Positions 11,890-25,617 of a DNA stretch of 64,000 nucleotides are shown here, piece after piece. The notes under the pieces were generated by a model that saw only the letters and a list, made by a program, of their open reading frames with translations, had not been told where the DNA came from and ran no database searches. Source of the stretch: Macrostomum lignano (Eukaryota). The translations under genes and the position numbers were made by a program. The stretch's first letter is position 1. The number at the start of each line of letters is the position of its first letter. The stretch is from NCBI GenBank assembly GCA_002269645.1, contig NIVC01002998.1:62775-126774 (forward strand). The letters are read 5' to 3'.

Positions 11890-12594
11890 TCAAAATATAT
11901 TGGGAACCTTTTTTTACCGTTTTAGCTCGTAAAAAGTTTCCTAAAATATAATTTCACTTTTCAGAAAAATTATTCTCTATCATTTTCAAGCTATCGCACT
12001 TAAAGCGGCTTTATCAGGCTTATATTTTACTATTTCATTCATTTAAACAAGACAGCGATTTGTCTTTGCGTAGGTTGTGCCAAGAAAAAAAATGCACCGA
12101 CATCATCTGAAGTGTCATCAGAGTGGTGTGTCTCTAGCCATTAATTGTGTTTCGTAGTTTTCCGCCTCTTGGTGAGCATCTCAGAACGCAAATTAGAGTT
12201 CTCAGCTCGACAGAAAATCTTCTTTCTGTCTCTGTCTGCTCTTTTTTCGTTCTCGAGCGATCATGGTTCATTCAGTGTGCTGCACTCTGCAATTGCTTTG
12301 GCTGAAGACACTTCAGACACAAAATTACTGCTTAATAAAAAAGTCTAAAATTTTCGGGACCACTTCGCTGCCATGTGGGTCTTCATTGGAAGTGCTATAA
12401 ATGGACAATCAACCCTCTTAGCTGTTTAGCAGACACTAACTAAAAGCTACTTACAAGAATTTTTTCACAAGAATAATCATGATAACGAATCATAGAATAT
12501 TGAAATTTGAAATCTTTTGATCGTAAGCTGAAAGTCTACAGCCTACGGTTGTCTGCCAAAAGTTTTTTGAAATAAATTTCTAAATGGATCGATG

Positions 12595-13585
<991 letters not shown>

Positions 13586-14335
13586 CGAAGATACGTAGAT
13601 AGATCTTCTTCCTCAGGTCTCCTTGGCCTGCTTGTAGGTTGGTGAGAACTTGGTCGGAAATTATTGCAATGCTTGCCTTGTTGTCTTGGAGAAATAAAAA
13701 GCGCTGCTGGGAAAAAGCAGAGACACAGAGAGATAGCAATCTTATAGTTTTACGACGCCGGCACTGTCTCAGCAGGTTTGAAAATGAGCTCTGCTCATCG
13801 GTGTGACAAGCCCACCCAGACATGCTTTCTCCCTCACCCTTGTCAACGTCGCCCACCCTCGGCTGCCTCTGTTGCATTATCCATTCATTTAGTGACAGCG
13901 AGACAGAGAGAAAAGCAAAGTGCTCTTTCTGCCGCCCAGGAGGGTCGTTTTTTTCTTTTCATTCTTATTTCTGCTTCTGCGCACCATTTTCTAGCGAAAA
14001 CTCTGAGAGAATTGATGGTCTTTATTTCATAGCTTGTTTTTACTGCAAGTGTTTTTACGCCCGGCTCACTCTCCCTCTCACTCTCTCCCCAAGCTTCTCA
14101 TTTCTATTGCTCAGTCGGATGTCTCTAAGGCGCAGGCTGGGAGCGGAGTGGCCCACAATCCGTTCTCCATCAGGCTCTGTCAATCTTACTTGACCAATAT
14201 GGTGAGCCAGTCAGCATTAAGCCTGATGAATGGCGTCTCCATCTATAAAAGGACCCGTCGCATTTAACTGTAATTGAAAGAAAACTATAAGTTATCGACT
14301 AGAAGTACGTTTTCGACAGTGCAGCAACAAGCGAC

Positions 14336-17300
14336 ATGGATTTTGACTACTCCGAGCAAATTGAAATTCGACCATCAAAAAGGTAGGTTTGTCATTTCAA
14401 GCGCTAGTAACTTGAGTCATTGTTACCAGGCATCTTAGTCTCCCTCAGCTCGAAAATTCCCCATGAGTCTTGACAACTAAGTGATTCCTTATGAGTCTTG
14501 ACAACTCAGCGATTCCCCATGAGTCTTGACAGCTCAGCGATTCCCTATGAGTCTTGACAGCTCAGCGATTCCCTATGAGTCTTGACAGCTCAGCGATTCC
14601 TTATGAGTCTTGACAACTCAGCGATTCCTTATGAGTCTTGACAACTCAGCGATTCCCCATGAGTCTTGACAACTCAGCGATTCCCCATGAGTCTTGACAA
14701 CTCAGCGATTCCCCATGAGTCTTGACAACTCAGCGATTCCCCATGAGTCTTGACAACCAGCGATTACCCATGAGTCTTGACAACTCAGCGATTCCCCATG
14801 AGTCTTGACAACTCAGCGATTCCCCATGAGTCTTGACAACCAGCGATTACCCATGAGTCTTGACAACTCAAGCGATTCCCCATGAGTCTTGACAACTCAG
14901 CGATTCCCCATGAGTCTTGACAACTCAGCGATTCCCCATGAGTCTTGACAACCAGCGATTACCCATGAGTCTTGACAACTCAGCGATTCCCCATGAGTCT
15001 TGACAACTCAGCGATTCCTTATGAGTCTTGACAACTTAAGCGATTCCCCATGATTCTTGACAACTCAGCAATTCCCCATGAGTCTTGACAGCTCAGCGAT
15101 TCCCTATGAGTCTTGACAGCTCAGCGATTCCCTATGAGTCTTGACAGCTCAGCGATTCCTTATGAGTCTTGACAACTCAGCGATTCCTTATGAGTCTTGA
15201 CAACTCAGCGATTCCCCATGATTCTTGACAGCTCAGCGATTCCCCATGATTCTTGACAGCTCAGCGATTCCCCATGAGTCTTGACAACCAGCGATTCCCC
15301 ATGAGTCTTGACAACTCAAGCGATTCCCCATGAGTCTTGACAACTCAAGCGATTCCCCATGAGTCTTGACAACTCAAGCGATTACCCATGAGTCTTGACA
15401 ACTCAGCGATTCCTTATGAGTCTTGACAACTCAAGCGATTCCTTATGAGTCTTGACAACTCAAGCGATTCCCCATGAGTCTTGACAACTCAGCGATTCCC
15501 CATGAGTCTTGACAACCAGCGATTACCCATGAGTCTTGACAACTCAGCGATTCCCCATGAGTCTTGACAACTCAGCGATTCCCCATGAGTCTTGACAACT
15601 CAGCGATTCCCCATGAGTCTTGACAACCAGCGATTACCCATGAGTCTTGACAACTCAGCGATTCCCCATGAGTCTTGACAACTCAGCGATTCCCCATGAG
15701 TCTTGACAACTCAGCGATTCCCCATGAGTCTTGACAACCAGCGATTCCCCATGAGTCTTGACAACTCAGCGATTCCCCATGAGTCTTGACAACCAGCGAT
15801 TCCCCATGAGTCTTGACAACTCAAGCGATTACCCATGAGTCTTGACAACTCAAGCGATTACCCATGAGTCTTGAAAACTCAGCGATTCCTTATGAGTCTT
15901 GACAACTCAAGCGATTCCTTATGAGTCTTGACAACTCAAGCGATTCCCTATGAGTCTTGACAACTCAAGCGATTACCCATGAGTCTTGACAACTCAGCGA
16001 TTCCTTATGAGTCTTGACAACTCAAGCGATTCCTTATGAGTCTTGACAACTCAAGCGATTACCCATGAGTCTTGACAACTCAGCGATTCCCTATGATTCT
16101 TGACAACTCAGCGATTCCTTATGAGTCTTGACAACTTGAGCGATTACCCATGAGTCTTGACAACTTGAGCGATTACCCATGATTCTTGACAACTCAGCGA
16201 TTTTTTATGAGTCTTGACAAACCAAGAATTCCCTACGACACTTAAAAACTCAACAATTCCCCATGATAAGTTTGAACATAGCTTGACATATTGCCTAATG
16301 ATTGCCTAATTAGTGCTTCGTCATAACTGAAAATCAATCTCTTGACTTTTAAATCCCAATGACTGCCCCTAAATTAACGACGCCAGAGAATACCCCAGAG
16401 GTTGCAGGCAACATGACTGTGACTCAATTTTCTTGAATCAGCTGCGTGGGGCTACAGGGATGCAACGCCAGGAGGGGGGGCGTTGCCACCCATCCCCCAA
16501 ACCCCTGGCGACCACGGACCCTCCGAAGAGTCCCGGAAGTGGATTGGGTCTTCCGGAGAGCCCTCAGTTAGCAGGGCTTCTGGCATCTTTGTGTTGGGAA
16601 AATTTGCATAACTTAATCATCAATACTACTTACTGAAAGTAGCTCATAAGCCGGACTGATGGGTTCTATTACTAGACATATCACTATAGCTGTTAGAAGC
16701 TAAAAAATACATATTATAGTTTTATTTAGAATTTCGATTAAAACTATTATAAAACGAACGTTTTCGTTTGTGGTACTTTGAGTAGTGCTATTATTGAACC
16801 CAAAACTTTAGATTAAGTGGGCATGCTTGCAACATATGTTAAGCCATGCCCCCCGGGGTTTGGCCTGAATGTTTGCACAACAATCTACAAGCTGAGAGCA
16901 TTGGAGGCTGAGGCTATTCAAGTAGTCAAACGGAAATAATTGATGGCCTACTGCTCACTTCCTTGTGAGCTACATTGGGTCTCTCTGTGTTGACACTGCT
17001 GCAGGGTGGCCTTGTTATGGCTTGTTGGCCATGTCCTCTCTTCTTCAAGGAGCCTGCAGGAGTCAGAAACCCCCAGTGCCCCTTGTCCCCAAACTATTGG
17101 TCGCTATAAAATTGGACGACAAGTCAGTCTGCTCCCGCCCTCTGACAGCAGACTGATCCCCGTCTAGAGCCGGAATTCTCCTCACGGACCAGCTGCTTAG
17201 CAACTGCAGGCAGATGCACAATAAGCCAGACTGCCAGGCAGAACGCTTTGAATAGCATCACCAAGCCCGGTTACTTTTTGCGTATTTCATCCAAGCATTG

Positions 17301-18463
17301 TGCTTCTGCGATGCTGCACCTTTTGTAGCTCGCACTTCTATTCTGTTCTTCCTGGATCCCCGGTCTTGAGAAACTGAATAGGCTGGGCTTAGTGCAGAGA
17401 GCCCAGCTTACAACGCAGCTTACAACTCTGAGCAGAGTTGCATTTGGACAGATCGGAAGTTGACGGGGGATTTTCTTGTACAGTTAAAATAAGTAGAAGT
17501 TTTTGAAGAGTTAAAAAGGCCGAGAGGACCAGGTCCGTATAAATCAGGCAAAATCCCTCTACACCATTGAAATCATGTCGCAGAGATGAGGAGGCATTCA
17601 AGATGGAGGATCAAGGCTCCGCTCTGCTGCACTACTCCGAGGCCGAGCTCACGGCCAGTCGAATCAATCTAAAGGAGCGCCGGCTTCTGTCGCGCAGCTG
17701 GGCCCGCCTGGAGGCCGATCGGAGCTACCGGATGCGCTGCCTGCAGACGGACCTGCGCCTGGCCGAGCTGGGCCGCGCACGCTTGGAGACGCGCAGCGCT
17801 CGGGTGCGCAGCAACCTGACGCAGGACGAGCGCAGCGGCTACCGTCGATTGGACGCCGCTGGCATGCTTCGCCTGCCATCGGGCTGTAGCTATTACCGAC
17901 GTCCGGCACACCTGGAGCCGGCCCAGCTCATCCAATCCGCCCAGAGACGCTTGGAGGCCGGCGGCACATGCAGTCGACTCTCTCGGAGGCAACACTCGCC
18001 GCAGCGCCTGCTGCGACCGAGCACCAGCAAAACCGCCAGCTCCAGTGCGGTGCGCTTTGTCCGCTCCGACACCGCATTCGACGCGCCAGACGTGGACGAC
18101 ATCAATGACGCTTCATCGACTGCATCGACTTCGTCGGCGTCGACAACGGAGAGTCTGCGTCAATTGCGCACAGCTGCAGCCGCGTCCTCGGCGCGTCAGA
18201 GGCCGCAGACGACAACAGCAACAGCCAGGAGTTCCTACAGCGCCCTTCAGCAGCAGCAGCAGCAGCAGCAACAAAGGCTTCGACTCACCAGCCAGTCCTG
18301 CCATTCCGCATTTTACACCGGCGGCGAGCAGCGGCAGAGCCACTCGATGGACGCCGCTAGCAGGCGTCGGGCTTGGGCGGAGGCTGAACGGCAGAAGCAG
18401 CGCAACTTGGACAGACCAGTGAAGGAGTTTCTGCGCTCCCTGGAGCAGCTGCGGGTCGCTTGA
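14336..18463 (+). CDS. Uncharacterised low-complexity protein, ~308 aa; putative exons 14336-14382 and 17584-18463
   Basis: GC-rich 298-codon ORF with N-terminal coiled coil and S/T/Q-rich tail. Upstream mini-exon MDFDYSEQIEIRPSK has donor AAG|GTAGGT in phase with acceptor GCAG|A at 17583. An alternative start at ATG 17603 is possible. Confidence 0.6.
14456..16266. repeat. 27-29-bp minisatellite (CCCCATGAGTCTTGACAACTCAGCGATT)n
   Basis: About 60 head-to-tail units with recurring variants and no unique spacers. Confidence 0.97.
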
Positions 18464-18693
18464 AAATGAGCTTATTTTTTCAAAGGCATTATTCTACATT
18501 TACTACTGCACTTAATATGCAAATAATTTTTCATAGCTAATGGTTTTCTGATCGTGTGTATGGCTTTGAAGAATTTTGACTCTCTAAAATAAAGAATTTT
18601 ATTCGTAATTTTTGCAGTGACAGGCCGATCCGCCTGAGAAAATTTGATAAATAACAGTCGATTTTCTCTTTCTGAAGCGTACTTTCAAAAGAA

Positions 18694-19575
18694 ATGAAAT
18701 GAAAAAAATGAGAATTGAGAAATGAGGAATGAGAATTGAGAAATGAGAATTGAGAAATGAGAAATGAGAATTAGGAAATTACAATTGAGAAATGAGAAAT
18801 GAGAATTGAGAAATGAGAATTGAGAAATGAGAATTCAGAAATGAGGAATGAGAATTGAGAAATGAGAATTGAAAAATGAGAAATGAGAATTAAGAAATTA
18901 CAATTGAGAAATGAGAAATGAGAATTAAGAAATTACAATTGAGAAGTGAGAAATGAGAATTGAGAAATGAGAAATGAGAATCGAGAAATGAGAATTGAGA
19001 AATGAGAATTGAGAAATGAGAAATGAGAATCGAGAAATGATAAATGAGAAATTAGAAATTAAAATTGAGAATTGAGAAATGTGAAATGAGAATTGAGAAA
19101 TGAGAAATGAGAATTGAGAATTGAGAAATGAGAAATGAGAAATGAGAAATGAGAAATGAGAAATGAGAATTGAGAATTGAGAAATGAGAATTGAGAATTG
19201 AGAAATGAGAAATGAGAAATGAGAATTGAGAATTGAGAATTGAGAAATGAGAAATGAGAATTGAGAAATGAGAATTGAGAAATGCGGAATGAGAATTGAG
19301 AAATGAGAAATGAAAATTGAGGAATGAGAATTTAGAAATGAGAATTGAGAAATGAGAAATGAAAATTGAGAATTGAGAAATGAGAAATGAGAATTGAGAA
19401 ATGAGAAATGAGAATCGAGAAATGAGAATTGAGAAATGAGAAATGAGAAATAACAATTGAGAATCAGGAAATAAGAATCGAAAATTAATAATGGACAATT
19501 GACAATTAAGAATTGAGAACTAAGAATTAACAAATGAGAAATGAGAAATGAGAAATGAAAATTTGCGCAAATGTG
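18694..19575. repeat. 7-bp satellite (GAGAAAT/GAGAATT)n
   Basis: Two alternating heptamer variants. The FLISHFS ORFs are artefacts. Confidence 0.95.
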
Positions 19576-19900
19576 AGAATAGTGTTCCAAATTTTACCGG
19601 CTAGAGGCAAAGATTATCACCGGCATTAACGAAATGAGACATTTTTATGCAAATAAGCCAACTACTACAAGTATATTACGTTTTGGAGACAGAAGTCTTT
19701 ATTATAAAAATCAAAAAACTCTCAAACGCTTTCGCCAAGTACGTCATTGTCTTTTTCATATTGGCCCAGACATGCTTGGGTTGCTAGTGGACAAGTTTTA
19801 ACGCTGTAAAAATTTCGCACCAATTTAAACATTCCGCAAAGATTTTAAAGAGAATTCGGCTCCGCAAATCTCGAAAGCCGCTCAACTCCATCGGGTCTCT

Positions 19901-20147
19901 TTATTTTTATATAATTAGAGGCAGTGAGGCTGTGTGCACCCTGACGCACATTGTCACACAATTAACCGGCGAGAGGCATTACTCCGACTCCCCTGAGCAG
20001 GCACACAGGCTCGCAGATACGTATAGATACGCAATCATACGCACAGGCACACACTCACACAGGAGTGTACAGCGGCCCTAACTTTATTTATCCTTAAACA
20101 TGTACACCTCACTGTTTCTAGGGGTTGGCTCTCAATGGCGTTAATTG
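19901..20147 (-). mobile_element. 5'-truncated copy of the tRNA-derived SINE
   Basis: Reverse complement matches the 976-1332 body (CAATTAACGCCATTGAG..AAAGTTAGGGCCGCTGTACACTCCTGTGTGAGTGTGTGCCTG..GCCTCTAA tail). The tRNA head is missing. Confidence 0.85.
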
Positions 20148-20480
20148 CTCGAGCTGAGCCAAGCCGAGATTCCAGTTTCTTCAAATGTAGCGAAAAAGTT
20201 TCCGGTAGGATTTCTGAGCAGATCTCTTACAATTCAGAGCAACATGGATTCGACTGGTTGCATAAAACGCTTGCTTGACGAAAGCAAGCCTAAGAAAGGT
20301 CCTGGAGCTGGAGGAGATCTCCCAAACTGTGCTCAGCGGCAGGCTACCATTCAGAAAGGAGGAAAAGGTAAAAGGCTGCTGGCTCAGGTTTTCAGCTAAG
20401 AGACCAAAGCTGAAATTTAGGAGTACAGCGTCACGATCTCAAAGCCAGGGGCACTTGCTCATCAACTTTGAGTTCCCATT
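20148..20480 (+). pseudogene. Degenerate non-LTR retrotransposon ORF2 fragment (region upstream of the RT core)
   Basis: Translation KRLLDESKPKKGPG..D.P...LLAQVFS*..*EYSVTISKPG resembles the K-A-P-G-x-D-G ... W-K-x-S-x-x-x-x-I-x-K-P-G pattern of LINE RTs. In-frame stops present. Confidence 0.4.
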
Positions 20481-21114
20481 CCGTGCAGTGCCTGCTGAGC
20501 AGTCCTCAGAGAAACATGCACGTGAGATTGAAATTGTTGAAAAATCAACTCTGATTGTGCTAAAATTGAATTCTAAAATCGGATGATGACGTGAGAAGTC
20601 GATGGTGGCAGGAGAAGCAACACCGAATGCAAAAAATCTGCACCAGAAAAGCAGCAGAAAAAGCAGACAGTTGAGACTGAAAGACACTGACAATGAGACG
20701 CTCACGGTTAGAAACAAATTTAAAAATCGCAAAATTCACGCAAAAATGCATTCGAACGATCCGAACGCTGCACTGAGATTCTATGCGTGGAGGAGCAGCC
20801 ACCGGCAGCAACCCAGCCTCCCCAAGCCATCGCACAGCAAACAAATTTCTCTGTCGCGATGGCAACGCGATTCTAAAATCAGCACAGAAAGCAACAGAGA
20901 GACAACAAAGAATCTCTCTAAACCAATCCAGAGCTCGGATTCATCGGGATCGACTGGCTCGACACTGCGCTCCCGCGCTACCATCGCAACGCCCGCCACC
21001 CCAAATGATGAGTTGGGAAGCTGCATAAAGCCCACAGTCCTGCAGCAGGCGAGAGGCACAAAAGCGACAAGCAAATCCCATCTCCGTAAAAGACTCTCCA
21101 CTGCCGCTCTGACC

Positions 21115-22271
21115 ATGCAGACTTTGTCAATTCTGGCGCTGATTCTCTGCTGCTGCATCGCTCTCGGCCACTCGCTGGGCGCTGAGTTCGGCCACTTGGG
21201 CTGCTTCGTGAACGCCGAAACTCGAGATGTCAACGGTCTGGATGGCTGGACTACCATCGGGCCATACTCGGTGACGTGGGATAAAGGATGGACCGTTCTG
21301 GACTGGAGCAGAATGACTTTGGAGCTTTGCAGCGAAATCTGCACGTATGAAAAATTCCGGTACTTTGCCGTTCAGTATTCAGGTGGTTACTTCTGCGGAA
21401 ACTCGTACGGCAGATTCGGCAGGGCAGCCGACAGCGACTGCAACATGGCCTGCGCTGGCAACTCCGCCCAAATGTGTGGAGGGACGTCGCGAAACTCCGT
21501 GTACCGGCAGGTCTACAATCGTTCAGGTGAGCGTAACGGAAGAGCAATCGATGCGGTTCTACTTCTACACGTACATGTACTTTCCCAGCTGCACTGGGCA
21601 CAGCATCCATGGTTTAGCACGCGTTTGCTTCAGCATTGAATATTAAGATTTCAAAGCATTTCACAAAGTCAAACTAGATTTCTGATCCAACACAGATAAA
21701 CAAATATAATTAATTTTCCGTAGGGCTGCCGGCACGCTATTAGAACGCTGTCAAAAAATGGTTTCACAACCAAAGGTTTTGTCAATCTTCAGCCCGTTCT
21801 GCTGATTTCTGGGCACGTATAAGAGCACGGATAGCTGTACGAACTCATACATGAACACTCTCTGTGCCTTGGGATTTAGCACTCCTAGGTGTGAGCGCGC
21901 AACGAACACTGAGCCAATTTTCAAAAGAAAATATATAGCCAGAGTTTGAATGCAGGTTCAGCATGTGACTGACTACAGTCGACATGTCGAAGGTCTCACA
22001 AGAGTAGCGGTGCACCACTCAATGTCTTTTTTTCCTTTCAGATAGCAAGCATTTCATTTTGGCTGACCGAGACTACGTGAACGTGACCTCTACCAGCGGC
22101 CCGTTCTACCGCACCGAGCAGCCCGTCAGGAGTTTGATTGAGTGCGTATATCGCTGCGTCACAGACTGCCAGGCCGTGCTGTTCCACCTGGACGCCTGCC
22201 ACCTGCTGAGATTCCCCATTCTGCCGCACGAGCTGAAGGACGTGGCTGGGATGTTCGTCACCCGCATGTGA
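21115..22271 (+). CDS. Secreted WSC-domain + PAN/apple-like protein, 213 aa; exons 21115-21526, 22042-22271
   Basis: Signal peptide MQTLSILALILCCCIALG; WSC pattern LGCF..MTLELCSEIC..FAVQY..FCG..CNMACAG..MCGG; donor CAG|GTGAGC in phase with TTTCAG|AT; second exon has SLIECVYRCVTDCQAVLF..CHL. Confidence 0.85.
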
Positions 22272-22315
22272 GCGACCGCCTGATTCGGAGCAAGGAGACT
22301 CGGCTGCTGAAGCCT

Positions 22316-22705
22316 TCTGCTTGCTGAACTCTGTGATTTCTGACACCCTCTGATTGCTGAACTCTGTGATTTCTGACACCCTCTGATTGCTTAACTCTGT
22401 GATTTCTGACACCCTCTGATTGCTTAACTCTGTGATTTCTGACACCCTCTGATTGCTTAACTCTGTGATTTCTGACACCTCTGATTGCTTAACTCTGTGA
22501 TTTCTGACACCTCTGATTGCTTAACTCTGTGATTTCTGACACCCTCTGATTGCTGAACTCTGTGATTTCTGACACCCTCTGATTGCTTAACTCTGTGATT
22601 TCTGACACCCTCTGCTTGCTGAACTCTGTGATTTCTGACACCCTCTGATTGCTTAACTCTGTGATTTCTGACACCATCTGAGTGCTGAATATTGTGATTT
22701 CTGCA
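22316..22705. repeat. 33-bp minisatellite (CTGATTGCTTAACTCTGTGATTTCTGACACCCT)n
   Basis: About 12 tandem units right after the WSC gene stop. Confidence 0.95.
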
Positions 22706-24526
22706 AATCTAACCACAGTTAATATATTTACTCCTGGCGTGTCACCTGAGTTCCAAAAAAATAAATATTTTTTGCTGCCAAAAAGAAAGAATTCTAGCGG
22801 CTTCTGAGCAGTAGCTTAATGGCATATAAATTTCTTTTTTTATCTTGATCGATCGACATAACGGCAGTAGTAGCAACCAAAGCAGATATTGCTGCCACAC
22901 TATCGACTCTAGCATTATCAGGCATCAGATTTACAGCAGCGAATTAACTGAAGAAACTTCTCAATTCACACGGAGCTGCTGTATGAGCTATTGTAACACT
23001 CGAATATCACACCAGCTTCTACGAGTATAAGGCTAGCACCCCAGATGTTGCGAAAAAAATTTAGAGTGTTATACTTCGATATACTACTTGCACAGCAGAA
23101 GCCACAATAGCTTCTGTAGGTGACATCTCAGGTGTGTATACTATCTATTATTTACACACCTTGAAACGTATAGCACCTGTATCATTTATTTACTTTAGTA
23201 CACTTACAAAGGGAATTGAGAATATGAATTGCAGCACTCGATGGATTAGAATGATAAAGCTGTTAGTTAGTTTAACAGCAGTTAGTGAGCAGGCTAAATA
23301 CAGGTATAATAATTAACACCAGGAATTCCTAACCATTTTTCTGCCCGTCGAAATACCATGGATTCAAAGGCATTTTTTGCTTCTGCAGTACGCAAGAAGG
23401 CAGATACACGAATTTCAAGGACACATGGGCTTGTTTGCTTTTTGCACCTGGCGCCATTTCAATCAAGAACCAAGTAGTTAGACACTCCAAACAGTCGAGA
23501 TATTCAACAGTTGTAATTGATGGTTGGACGTTTCTCACAAGTGATATCATGCGAGAAATTCGAAACAGGGTGTCAATAGTCACCTGGTGTCATCGAAGGC
23601 CCAGATCCTTTTGAATTCATAGCAGATGCATGCACTTGTGGCTGAAATGCTGATAAAATTTTGAGACGTTTTGAGTGATAGTGCTTACTTGAATACACTT
23701 GTATCGAAACAAGTCTAAATATTCCCTCAACCTTTGAAGTTCTACTGTTAAAGCACCGAGTAATAAACACACCTCGCCTTGCAAACATATTGTATTGGTA
23801 CAACGTAAAAACGTTAAAATCTGGTCAGACAGCGTTGTTCAACCAAGTTTAAGCGTGGTCTAAACCTGTTTGTAAGCAGAGTTAACTTTGCAAAGCTCAC
23901 AAGCTACTATGTGAGTAGATTGTAAATGAATTGTTCGATAAAATTATAAAATTCACTGTACCGGTAGATGAGCCTCATTTCGAGAAGGCTTCGAGAACTA
24001 CGATTCATCTGACGAGGTTGTCATAGTGATAGTCATTGAAGTCCTGCGCTGAGAGTAGGACCTTGAGAGTAGGAATTAGGCCAATTAGGGAGGACTTCTC
24101 TCCACCTATAGTCGCGAATCTTATCATTCAGTCGATCATCTGCAGCCAGATTTATTAATTAGGAGTTACTTTAAGAGTTTACTATAAATCTGAATTGCTG
24201 TTTAATTTATATAGTCAAGGTATATGACTATATTAGAAGATAACTTTATCAGAATCGAATAATAATCATCACTAAATTTAAATCTCATCTGGAATTGTCT
24301 TCTTAGCGTTATTAATTTACTTTTACCGCATTTGCGGTTATTGGAAAAGTGTGATAGGACTCGCCGACCGGTGAATTTAATCCTCCGAATCGCTCCAGTA
24401 AGTTTATCTATGGCCAAAAATATTTCCTGTGTAGCATTCATCTTTTATTGCACAAAAATTTCTGTTTTTTTATATTTTTTTAATTTGATAGCAATAAAGA
24501 TGACCTACTATGTGCTGATAACGGTG

Positions 24527-25196
<670 letters not shown>

Positions 25197-25617
25197 TCAG
25201 CTTGCAACGAGTTTATGGATGTTCTGGAGTTGAAGTTGGTACCATGTTAGACGAGAGACATTACGGGGGATTTACGCTAGCCTATTTTATTCATAAATAA
25301 TTTCATGTAGAGGTGCGCATCTAAGCGCGTGTTTTATCGCTGTTGGAATTAGTTACTTTCTGCTGGTGTGCGCTCCTCCCGATGAACATGCTTGTGTTGT
25401 CTGGATTCCGTGATGCGAAAAGCCTTACTCTGGTTTATTTATCGCCATTTTGTCAGTCTTATTTTTAGACATACAGTATTTTGTTCTCTGCAATTTTACA
25501 ATTGAGATAGGTTTTTGAAGGCTATGAGTCGTCCTCTATATACGCTCGTGAAGAGAAATCTTAGCTCGTATTGAGCTAGCGTTCTACATTCCACGTTTAC
25601 TCTCAAACACTCGTACA

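Noticed and set aside
13590-13690. Possible minus-strand internal exon next to the (GATA)n array
   Set aside because: Splice-like ends but no in-phase neighbouring exon or homology.
14456-16266. CRISPR-like array of palindromic 28-bp repeats
   Set aside because: Units are head-to-tail with no unique spacers, there are no cas genes, and the context is eukaryotic.
18925-19590. 221-aa and 148-aa F/S/I/L-rich ORFs
   Set aside because: Translations of the 7-bp satellite.
20602-21114. 171-aa N-terminal extension of the WSC ORF
   Set aside because: Starts at a non-ATG codon with no recognisable motif; the signal peptide begins at ATG 21115.
22840-23800. Possible decayed transposase or RT (VVIDGWT on +, AKNAFES on -)
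   Set aside because: Isolated motifs on opposite strands, not in family order, with many stops; cannot be assigned by eye.
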